DNA of 63,610 nt, the filler included, from Reclinomonas americana ATCC 50394 (lineage: Eukaryota), in the NCBI GenBank assembly GCA_048213135.1. It is 17 parts of 17 records of this genome, joined end to end, with 100 filler letters (N's around TTAATTAATTAA, not from the genome) between each part and the next. Parts side by side here need not be neighbours in the genome. Positions count along the whole stretch, not along the records: positions 48,723 to 50,935 come from AFZH01023658.1; positions 51,036 to 53,055 come from AFZH01023659.1; positions 53,156 to 63,610 come from AFZH01023661.1; 14 more parts are not named here. One strand, written 5' to 3'. The notes beneath the pieces are model-generated. The model worked only from the letters and a program-made list of their open reading frames with translations, did not search any database and was not told where the DNA came from. This document shows positions 48,982 to 59,100 of the stretch, piece by piece (within the stretch, counting starts at the first letter, position 1; each line of letters starts with the position of its first letter). The position numbers were made by a program, and so were the translations under genes.

Positions 48982-50277
48982 ATGAAGACGATGAAACTGG
49001 TGGTTGCCGCATTGGCCGGCACGCTGCTCGCAGGGCACGCGTTTGCGCAGGACAAGCCGAAGGAACTGGTGGTCGGCATCGCCACCTTCCTGTCGGGCCC
49101 GGCCTCGGTCTTCGGCGTGCCTGGCCGCAATGCCGCCGACCTGCTGATCGCAGAGATCAACGCCAAGGGCGGCGTACTCGGCGTGCCCCTGAAGCCGGTC
49201 TATGTCGACGAGGGCGCCGGCACCAACCAGCTCCTCTCCGAATATCGCCGCGTCGTGCAGGAGCAGGGCGCGCAGGTGATGCTGGGGGCGATCTCCTCGG
49301 GCTCCTGCAATGCGCTCGCACCCGTCGCCGAGGACCTCAAGGTCGTCAACGTGATGTGGGATTGCGGCACGCAGACCATCTTCGAGGACGGCAAGTGGAA
49401 ATATTCTGTCCGGACGCAGGCTCATGCCGGCGCCGAGATGATGGCGACGCTGCTCTACCTGATGAAGGTGAAGCCTGACTTCAAATCGGTCGCCGTGGTC
49501 AACCAGGACTATGCCTGGGGCCGTGAATCCTGGGCGCTGCTGCAGGCCGGCCTGAAAGCGCTGAAGCCGGACGTCAAGGTCGTCGCCGAGCTCTTCCCTA
49601 AGTTCGGCGCGCCTGATTTCTCGACCGAGATCACTCGCCTCTCGGCACTGCGGCCCGATGTGGTGATCTCGACCTCCTGGGGTGGCGATCTCGACACCTT
49701 CGTCCAGCAGGCGGCGGCGCGCGGCCTGCTGAAGCAGTCGACCTTCGTGCTGCCTCTGGCCGAAAGCTCGCTGGAGCGGCTCGGCAATGTCCTGCCGGAA
49801 GGCGTGATCGTCGGCTCGCGCGGCGATCATTACTGGCGCCATCCCAAGCACAAGGACACGCCGGAGATGCAGGCCTTCGTCAAGGCGTACAAGGACAAGA
49901 CTGGCGTCTACCCGATCTACCCGACCTTCCACATGCAGCAGGCCCTGACCGGCCTGGTGAAGGCCTATGAGAAGGCCGGCGCCGGCGGCAAATGGCCGAG
50001 CAAGGAAGAGGTCATCGCCGCCTTCGAGGGGCTGGAGTTCAAGTCGCTGACCGGCACGATCACCATCCGCCAAGACCACCAGGGGCTGGAGGACCAGTTG
50101 CTTGGCACGACCAAGCGCGTGCCGGAGTTTCCCTTCGCGGTCTACGACAAGATGGCGCTCTATCCCGGCAAGCTGGTCACCACGCCGCTCGGCGAGAAGT
50201 CGCTCGACTGGTTCGCCAAGGTGAAGCCGGACCTCGTGACCGACAAGTCGATCGAGACCTTCGACTACGCGAAGTGA
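48982..50277 (+). CDS. ABC transporter substrate-binding protein, LivJ/branched-chain type
   Basis: GGAGG RBS, signal peptide, LSGPAS.FG, INAKGGVLG and DYAWGRE. Confidence 0.92.
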   Translation: MKTMKLVVAALAGTLLAGHAFAQDKPKELVVGIATFLSGPASVFGVPGRNAADLLIAEINAKGGVLGVPLKPVYVDEGAGTNQLLSEYRRVVQEQGAQVMLGAISSGSCNALAPVAEDLKVVNVMWDCGTQTIFEDGKWKYSVRTQAHAGAEMMATLLYLMKVKPDFKSVAVVNQDYAWGRESWALLQAGLKALKPDVKVVAELFPKFGAPDFSTEITRLSALRPDVVISTSWGGDLDTFVQQAAARGLLKQSTFVLPLAESSLERLGNVLPEGVIVGSRGDHYWRHPKHKDTPEMQAFVKAYKDKTGVYPIYPTFHMQQALTGLVKAYEKAGAGGKWPSKEEVIAAFEGLEFKSLTGTITIRQDHQGLEDQLLGTTKRVPEFPFAVYDKMALYPGKLVTTPLGEKSLDWFAKVKPDLVTDKSIETFDYAK

Positions 50278-50297
50278 GTGACCAGCCGGTGCTCGTT

Positions 50298-50379
50298 GTC
50301 ATTGCGAGCGCAGCGAAGCAATCCAGCAGCGCTCCTGCCGCCCTGGATTGCTTCGTCGGCTTCGCCTCCTCGCAATGAC
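50298..50379. repeat. Intergenic palindromic REP-like element of Hyphomicrobiales type
   Basis: Outer inverted repeat GTCATTGCGAG/CTCGCAATGAC and inner CGAAGCAATCCAG/CTGGATTGCTTCG. Confidence 0.85.
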
Positions 50380-50417
50380 GGTGAGGCGCCTCGGGCAAGA
50401 TCTGAAGAACGGACCGC

Positions 50418-50935
50418 ATGCCTCCTGAAATGCTCCTCCTCGCCGCGCTCGACGGCCTGGCCTATGGCTCGCTGATCTTCCTGGTCGCGGTCGGGCTGTC
50501 GCTGATTTTTGGCGTGCTCGGCATCGTCAACGTCGCCCATGGCTCGTTCTATGCGATCGGCGCTTATGTCGCGGCGGCCGGCGTGCTCGCCATCGGCGCG
50601 GCCGGATTGCCGACCTGGCTCGCCTTCCCGACGCTACTGATCGCGGCTGCGCTGGTCGGCATCCTCGTCGGCGGCCTCGTCGAGATCGCCTTGCTGCGCC
50701 GCGTCTACGGCAAGGAGGAGGTGCTGCAGCTGATCGTCACCTTCGCCGTCTTCATGATCCTGGAAGACGCGCAGAAGGTCGTCTTCGGCGTGCAGCCCTA
50801 TTTTGCCAACGCGCCGATGAACTGGCTCGGCACGGTCGAGGTCTTCGGCATCTTCTACACGACTTACCAGCTCATCCTGATGCCGCTGGTCGCAGCTGCG
50901 GTACTGCTCGGCCTGCGCTTCTTCCTGCGCCGGAC
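50418..50935 (+). CDS. LivH-type branched-chain ABC permease (3' end truncated)
   Basis: GLAYGS..FLVAVGLSLIFG...VNVAHGSFY.IGAY. Confidence 0.92.
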
Positions 50936-51035
50936 NNNNNNNNNNNNNNNNNNNNNNNNNNNNNNNNNNNNNNNNNNNNTTAATTAATTAANNNNNNNNN
51001 NNNNNNNNNNNNNNNNNNNNNNNNNNNNNNNNNNN

Positions 51036-53651
51036 GAACAAACAATGGTCAGTCGGTCAGTCAGTCAGTCAACTTTCATCTGCACACGAAGAGGTGAACC
51101 CGGACGCACCAAGTTTGCGGGGTTGTTGTCGACACCAGGCAACACAGCCAGGTGCAGAGCAGTCTCGCAAAAGTTGGAAATGTATGCCGTGTCCACACCG
51201 GGGCCAGCCTCGAAGACGGCCTTCTTGTCGCTGTAGCTCTGGTCGGCGAACACCTGGCGGAACTGGTCGGGACTGATTGTCCGCGGCTGGCAGAACGACG
51301 CGATGGTCAGTGGCATCTTGATGCCGGCACCGAATGCGCGTCCGTTGACACTATTATGATGAGGGAAAGAGTTAGTGGGGGAGGATTAATATCCACCGGA
51401 AAAAACGGGCGCAAACGCAACGAGTATGAGAGCCTGAGAATAGGCGCATCCGAGAACGGGGCGTAGCACTCGCACAGGTAGAGCAGGAGGCCTTGAGCAC
51501 CACCCTCAAGAGCGAACGGGTTCTTGCTCTCCTTGAAACGCAGGCCTGCAGCACAATCATCAGCATCAGCATCAAAAGCATCAACTTGACAAGCAATGGC
51601 AGGCATGTCACTCACCGTGGACTTCGTCAATCTCGCCAGTCAGCTCCGACACTTGTGCGCTCGACTTGTTGTACAGGTAGAAGCCAATTTGTGCCAGGCG
51701 ACCATCCTTGAACTTGCCACGGTAGGTCACGGTCAAGAATTGATCTGCAACAGCAGACACAATAAGATCCACGCCTATCTCCTAATCCCTCAGATCCAAA
51801 AAGGATGGCGACTCACCGTCGTGCACCACACCCTCGCCGTTGCGAATGACATCGTCGTACGCCTGCAGGTTGTCGGCGGTCGGTGTGAAGTTCACGCTGC
51901 CACCGCTGCTGCCAGCAGACGCCGCCGCTGGGCCCATGTCGAACATGTCCATAAAGTCGCCACCCTTCTTGGCACCGCCACCTGCGCCGGCGGCTGCTGG
52001 TGCAGACGAGGGACCACCGAAAATGTCCATAATGTCGACCGTGGTCCTGGAGCCAGACGCTGCCGGTGCCGCGGCCGCTGGGGCACTCGGCTTCGAGCCA
52101 AACATGTCGTCACCACCGAACAGGTCGGCAGCACCGCCACCACTGGCCGCCTTTGTGCGCACTGCCGGAACCGGCGGCGCCTCGGCCTCCTCCAGACCAC
52201 CCTCGCCGAACTGAGCCTCGGCCTGTACATCGACGAAAGGAGGTAAGCAACTGTGGTGCGGCATGTGGTTCACCACCGGCAGTAACAACAACTAACCGCC
52301 ACCCAAATGTTGCGATCCTCGGTGGCACGCTGGCGCTCCTCAATCAGCTTCAGCAGTGAGCTCTGGCGCTCGAACTCGGGCAGCGTGCTCAGGGTGAAGT
52401 TCTGCACATCGGGAAAAACCACAATCACAATGTGCTCACTCTGACGGTCACATGATCGGCAAGCCGAACGAACCACCACACCCGGACCAGCCTGCACGAG
52501 TGCCTTGAGCTCGCACGCGCGCTGCTGCAACTCCGTGTCCATCGAGTCAGTGAACTTGTCGAACAGCTTGAACACGGCCTGTTGCAGACGGCGGTTGTTC
52601 TGCACATGCGTCGTGACACGACGTGTCAGAAGGCGCACCAAGTGAAATAGCACAGACTTGACGTGTGGGGCGCACCAGATCACGCTTGAGGATCTTCGCG
52701 AAGGCGTTGAGCAGAATCGCGCGAGTGGTGTTGGTGACCGTGGCGAACTTGGTGTGCAGCACCTCGAACTGGCGCTCTGGTGGTGTCTCATCGTCAATGA
52801 GGAAACCAAACTCGCCGATGATGTAGCCGCCAATCTTGACGGCGTTCTCGTGAGCGGCGGGCGACTCCAGAGCCTACACACAAGACACGCAATCACATTA
52901 TTATTAATATCATCACGTCGGCAACCCACGACACGCTGCGACACGCACCTCCAACACCGTGGAAGAAGCGTATCGCTTGAGTGCCGTGTCGGCGTTGGTG
53001 ACGATTTGAATCACACGGAACCAAATGTCGTCCGAGACGTAGTCGCCGGCGTAGGNNNNNNNNNNNNNNNNNNNNNNNNNNNNNNNNNNNNNNNNNNNNT
53101 TAATTAATTAANNNNNNNNNNNNNNNNNNNNNNNNNNNNNNNNNNNNNNNNNNNNGCGTCGGAGGAGAGCGGAGTGTGCACCGAGGGCCAAGTAGAGCGA
53201 GGGTGGGAGGAAGACGCATCATGACCTCACAAAAGGACGAGCAAGTCCTCACACACGCACATACCAAGACAAGGAGACACACACGCACATGAAGACAAGC
53301 AAGCAGAGTGGTAAAGTCACTAGTGCATGTGTAGCCGCAGAGGGCGGCGGTCTCCGTCACCGAATCTGCTGCCTCACTGCAACTGCATCACGTGCTGCAT
53401 GACAATCGACGAGTGCATGCTCAACTACACCAGCAGTCAATCGCTCCCTGTCTCACCACTCACTACGACGCAAGAGAGAGAGCGACGCAAGAGAGAACAA
53501 ACGTGTCGCGTGCGTGTCTTCTTCTACTGCTGGTGCGAGCGCGCGCGCGCACATGTCCATCTCCTCTCCCCGCACGCACACGCCAACACACACACACAAC
53601 GCAACATCCGCGGATCTCCGCGATGAAGTTCTGCAATCCTCGCATCTCCAT
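51036..53651 (-). CDS. AP2A: AP-2 complex alpha-adaptin; first exon at 53651, middle lost in the gap, trunk end, hinge and ear at 51036-53055
   Basis: [59 protein letters not shown] and P.FERQSSLL. Confidence 0.93.
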
Positions 53652-53900
53652 GGTAGGCGGCCTGTCAAAACACACACACCACTCCCTGCAAAATCAAGAT
53701 GTGCCTAATGTGTTTGCGTCACCCATCAGATGAAACACAAACACAAACACAGTGAAACAAAAGCGCAGAGAGAGAGGAGTGAGTCACACACAAAGTGGGA
53801 TAGGCGGGGAGGAAGCGACACGTGCGCACTACGCACCCTGCAGGCGATAGCTATCCGTTGATCCACTATCCATCGTCGTTCAATCGTCAATCCCATCAAA

Positions 53901-56043
53901 ATGCTCGGCGCAGTTGCGTCTCACTCGCACACACTCACACACACACTCTCTCTCTCCAAGCGCACACAACGCACACACTCACACACGCGCATATGTCTGC
54001 ATGCATGCGAGATGGGGCACAAGTGTGCGCTTCATGTCGCCATTTACCGCGCACTCTCACACGCTTCTTCTTCTCTCCTGTGTGTGCAGTCGCGTCGCTA
54101 CTTCTCACTTGATGTGAGCCGCCTTGGGCGTGGCCCACGTGGCTTGGGTGGCCGCTCGTCTGTGTCGGGTGTGGTGGCCACTGTGTTTGGCAACACGGGC
54201 TTCCTCGGTCGTTACACTGTCAATCGCCTTGGTGCGTGTGTGTGCTGCAGTGACCAACCTGCTGCATGAGTGAGTGACGACTGTGGGTGTGTCTATATTC
54301 AGGCAAGATTGGCTCGCAAGTCATCATTCCGTACCGCGGCGATGAGCACGACTATCGTCATCTGAAGCTCATGGGAGATCTGGGTCAGATTGCGCCCATT
54401 CGCTTCCATGTTGCGTCGCAACACACACCTCTACTGCTCTCTTCCTCTCTTTCTCTTGGACGCGTGGTCCTTAGATCTGCTGCTCCCTCCAATCACTTTG
54501 GAGGTGTTCCCTGAATGTGGGGTGCATGTCGTGAGTAGCAAATGAGTCATAACTGCGCAAGAAGGATTTTGAGGGGAAGCTTTTTGCTGGCGGAAGCAGA
54601 AAGGGGGAGCGGAAGAGAAGGTCGCCTCGTGCTTCCTTTTTCTTTCCTCTCTCTCTTTGTGCGTCGCTGGATAGACACACTGCTCCGGAGGGAATGTTGG
54701 GCGCTTGTCACTGGCTCGGGAAGAGTTTTTCTTCCCACTGCTGTGGCACGCCCGACGCAACCTCGGTTGTCTTTCGGGGCTTCGTGGCTGATGCGGATGC
54801 ACTGCGGTCGCTCTCTCTGTGCGACTCGCATATTCGTTATCAGTTCCCACATTTTTATATCAACTTTCACTCCCCGCCTTACTTTCTCTCTCTCTCTCTC
54901 TTCCACTCTCCGATCGCGCTTTGCGTCCCACATGCCGCCCCTCCTCACCTCTGTATCCTGCGTCGTTCCACTGCAGCCGCGAGACCAGGACTCAATCAAC
55001 TTGGCCGTGTCGCGCTCCAATGTGGTGATCAACCTGATGGGCAGCAGCCACCCCACACGCAACTACTCGTTCGAGTACACCAACGTAACACTGGCCGAGA
55101 ACGTGGCAAGGGTGCGGTGTGCGCAGCCTTGAGTCCCAGTGTGCACTTGGGAGCTCACTCGCGTAAAAAATGCAGGCATGCGCGGAGAACGGCGTGTCGC
55201 GCTTGATCCACGTCTCTTGCCTCGGTGCCGACAAGTATTCGCCCTCCGAGTCGCTGGCCACCAAGGTCTGGCGCCTCTGCGTGGCGAGAAAAGAAGATTG
55301 TTTCTCATCACGATGTGTGTGGTGCTCTTGACGCAGGCTGCGGGCGAGGAGGCCGTGCTGAAGGCGTTCCCGTCGGCGACGATTTTGCGCCCCGGCCTGC
55401 TCTTTGGTCCCGAGGACAACTTCCTCAACGCGCTGGCCACCAGCATTCGTGTGTTGTCGTTTGTGCCGATGATTGCCAGCGGCCGCGCCAAGCAGCAGCC
55501 AGTCCATGTTTCGTCCGTGTGATCACTGCGTGGTGATGCTTGGCGGCCGTTGAGCGGGATACTGACACACATACAACAGGCCGCCGATGTGGCTGACGCC
55601 ATTGTCGAGAGCATTTTCCACGAGGATTCAATGGGTCAGACGTACGAGCTCGGCGGGCCCGAGGTTATGCGTCTGCAAGAGATAACTGACCTCATTTTCG
55701 AGGTCACCGAGCGCAAGCCTCACTTGCTACCAAGTGAGTGCTTCCTCTTCTCTTGGTGTGTCTGTCGTGTTGCTGCTCATGCACGCTAACTTGCTCTCTG
55801 CGATTCCCAGTGCCGCTCACGTTGGCCAAGTTGTATGCCGCTGTGCTGGAGAAGCTGCCAAATCCGCCAATCACTCGTGATCAGATTGTTCGCCTCGGTC
55901 TGCAGAACACCGTGTCGCCTAACGCCAAGACGTTTGCCGACTTGCACATTTCCCCGCGGTCTCTGCGAACGGAGGCTCCCTTCTTCCTCAAGCGTTACAG
56001 GAAGATGGGCGGCAATCCGGATCCCGCAGTGGACAGCGAGTAA
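53901..56043 (+). CDS. NDUFA9: NADH dehydrogenase (complex I) 39-kDa accessory subunit
   Basis: [69 protein letters not shown] and YELGGP. The start codon is tentative. Confidence 0.94.
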
Positions 56044-56120
56044 GCACTTGCGTGCGGCCACCGCCACTGAGAAAAAGAAGAAAGTGTACGCACGCTCGTG
56101 TTGATTTGTATGACAAGTGA

Positions 56121-59100
56121 GTGATTGATGGAGAAGAAAGAAAGAGAGAGAGAGAGAGAGGAAGGCAAAAAAGAAGTGAAGAAGTCGCCGGTCAGCCTCA
56201 CGAACTCGGTACTTACACCGAAATGCAGTGGACGGGACTCGGTAGAGACACAGACAGACTTCTTCGACCTGGAAACGGTGTCGAGCATGCTGTACTTGAG
56301 CACAGCACAGTGATCCTGGCGAGTGAGCTTGTGGGTGAGGAGGGAGACTGCATGCTCAGAGAGAGAGAGATTCTTGTTTCGGTAGTTGCATTGTATTCAC
56401 ACTGGCAGCACAGTGTGGACCAGTCCAGCAGCAGTTGTCACCGATCCAGATGGTGGCAAGCTATACTCAGGCGACAAAAGATGAGAAGAGGGATAGGAAG
56501 CAAAAAAAGAAGCGAAGAAGCCGCCGGTCTGCCTCACGAACTCGCCACTGACACCGAAATGCTATGGACGAGACTCGGAAGAACAGACACAGACGGACTT
56601 CTTCGACCCGGAGATGGTGCCGAGCATGCTGTACTTGAGTGCTGCACGGTGAGGCTGGTGGGTGAGCTTGTGGGCAAGGAGGGAGACTGCATGCTCAGAG
56701 AGAGTGAGAGAGTGAGATTCTTGTTCGGTATTTGCATCTCAGTGTGAACAGTCCAGCAGCAGCTTGTCACCGATCCAGATGGTGGTGTACATGTTGCACA
56801 CGAGCGACAAAAGAGAGTGAGAGAGGAGCAAAAAAGCGAAGAAGCCGCCGGCCAGTCTCACGAACCTGCCACTGACACCGAAATGCAGTGGACGAAACTC
56901 GGAAGAGACACAGACGGACTTCTTCGACCTGGAGATGATGCTGAGCATGCTGTACTTGAGTGCAGCACAGTGACTCTGGCGAGTGAGCTTGTGGGTGAGG
57001 AGGGAGACTGCATGCTCACAGAGAGAGAGGGAGATTCTTGTTTCGGTATTTCATTTGTTCACACTTGCAACACAGTGTGGATCAGTCCAGCAGCAGTTGT
57101 CTCCAATCCAGATGGTGGTTCACATGCTGTACCTGAGTGGCAAAAGGAAATAGAGAGAGAAAGCAAAAAAAGAAGTGAAGAAGCCGCCGGCCAGTCTCAC
57201 GAACTCGCCACCGACACCGAAATGCAATGGACGAACTCGGAAGAACAGACACAGACGGACTTCTTCGACCTGGAGATGCTGTCGAGCATGCAGTACTTGA
57301 GCGCACTATAATGATCCTGGAGGGTGAGCTTGTGGGCGAGGAGCGAGACTGCATGCTCGCAGAGAGAGGGAGTGATTCTTGTTTCGGTATTTCATTGTTT
57401 TCACACGTGCATCGCAGCGGCAACACAGTGTGGATCAGTCCAGCGCAGTTGTCACCGATCCCGATAGTGATTCACATGCTGTTCTCGAGCGAAAAAAGGA
57501 AGAGAGATAGAGAGGGAGCAAAAAAAGAGCGAAGAAGCCGCCGGCCAGTCTCTCGAATTCCGCCACTGACACCGAAATGCAATGGACGAGACTCGGAAAC
57601 AGACACAGACGGACTTCTTCGATCTGGAGACGGTGTCGAGCATGTTACACTTGAGTGCAGCACAGTGAGCTCGGTGGGTGAGCTTGTGGGTGAGGAGAGA
57701 GACTGCATGCTCACAGAGAGAGAGATTCTCGTTCGGTATTTACACTGACAACACAGTGTGGATCAGTCGAGCAACAGTTGCCTCCAATCCTGACGGTGGT
57801 GCGCATGTTGCACAAGAGCGACAAAGAGAGAGAGAGAGAGGAGAACAAAAAAGCGAAGAAGCCGCCGGCCAGTCTCACGAACCCGCCAGTGACACCGAAA
57901 TGCAATGGACGAGACTCGGAAGAACAGACGCAGACGGACTTCTTATCTGGAGATGGTGCCGAGCATGCCATACTTGAGTGCCGCACAGTGATCCTGGAGG
58001 GCGAGCTTGTGGGTGAGGAGAGAGACTGCATGCTCAGAGAGAGAGTGAGAGATTCTTGTTTCGGTATTTCATTTGTTCACACCGGCAACACAGTTCCAGC
58101 AACAGTTGCCTCCAATCCAGATGGTAGTACACATGCTACGCTAGAGCGACACAAGGAAGAGAGAGAAAGCAAAAAGAGAAGTGAAGAAGCCGCCGGTCAG
58201 TCTCACGAGCTCGCCACTGACACTGAAATGCAGTGGACGAGACTCGGAAGAACAGGCACAGACGGACTTCTTCGATCTGGATATGGTGCTGGGCATGCTG
58301 CACTTGAGCACGGTATAGTGAGTCTGGTGGTTGAGCTTGTTGGTGAGGAAGGAGACTGCATGCTCAGAGAGAGAGAGAGATTCTTGTTTCGGTATTTCAT
58401 TGTTTTCACACTGGCAACACAGTGTGGAGCAGTCCAGCAACAGTTGCCTCCAATCCTGACGGTGGTGCGCATGTTGTACACGAGTGACAAGAGAGAGAGA
58501 GGAGACAAAAAAGCGAAGAAGCCGCCGGTCTGCCTCACGAGCCCGCCACTGACACCGAAATGCAATGGACGAGACTCGGAAGAACAGACACAGACGGACT
58601 TCTTCGACCTGGAGGTGGTGTCGAGCATGCAGTACTTGAGCACACCATAGTGAGCTCGCTCAGTGAGCTTGTGGGTGCGGAGAGAGACTGCATGCTCACA
58701 GAGAGAGATTCTTGTTCAGTACTTCATCGTTTTCACACTGGCAACGCAACGTGGATCAGTCCAGCAGCAGTTGTCACCGATCCAGATGGTGGTGCACATG
58801 CTGTTCTCGAGCGACAAAATGAAAAGAAGAGGGAGATGAAGCAAAAAGAGAGCGAAGAAGCCGCCGGTAAGCCTCACGAACCTGCCACTGGCACCAAAAT
58901 GCAGTGGACGAGACTCGGAAGAACAGACACAGACGGACTTCTTCGATCTGGAGGTGGTGCCGAGCATGTTATACTTGAGTGCCGCACAGCGATCCTGGTG
59001 AGTGAGCTTGTGGGTGAGGAGGGAGACTGCATGCTCAGAGGGAGATTCTTGTTCGGCATCTCATTTCATCACACTGGCAACACAGTCTGAAACAGTCCAG

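Noticed and set aside
47402..50079. Long antisense ORFs over cpdB and the binding-protein gene (likewise 17423-18445, 18442-19380 and 40557-41690)
   Set aside because: These are shadow frames expected opposite high-GC3 genes and have no motifs of their own.
8432..53155. Recurrent TTAATTAATTAA motif as a biological repeat or insertion site
   Set aside because: It is always embedded in N-runs of fixed total length and is a standard six-frame-stop contig linker.
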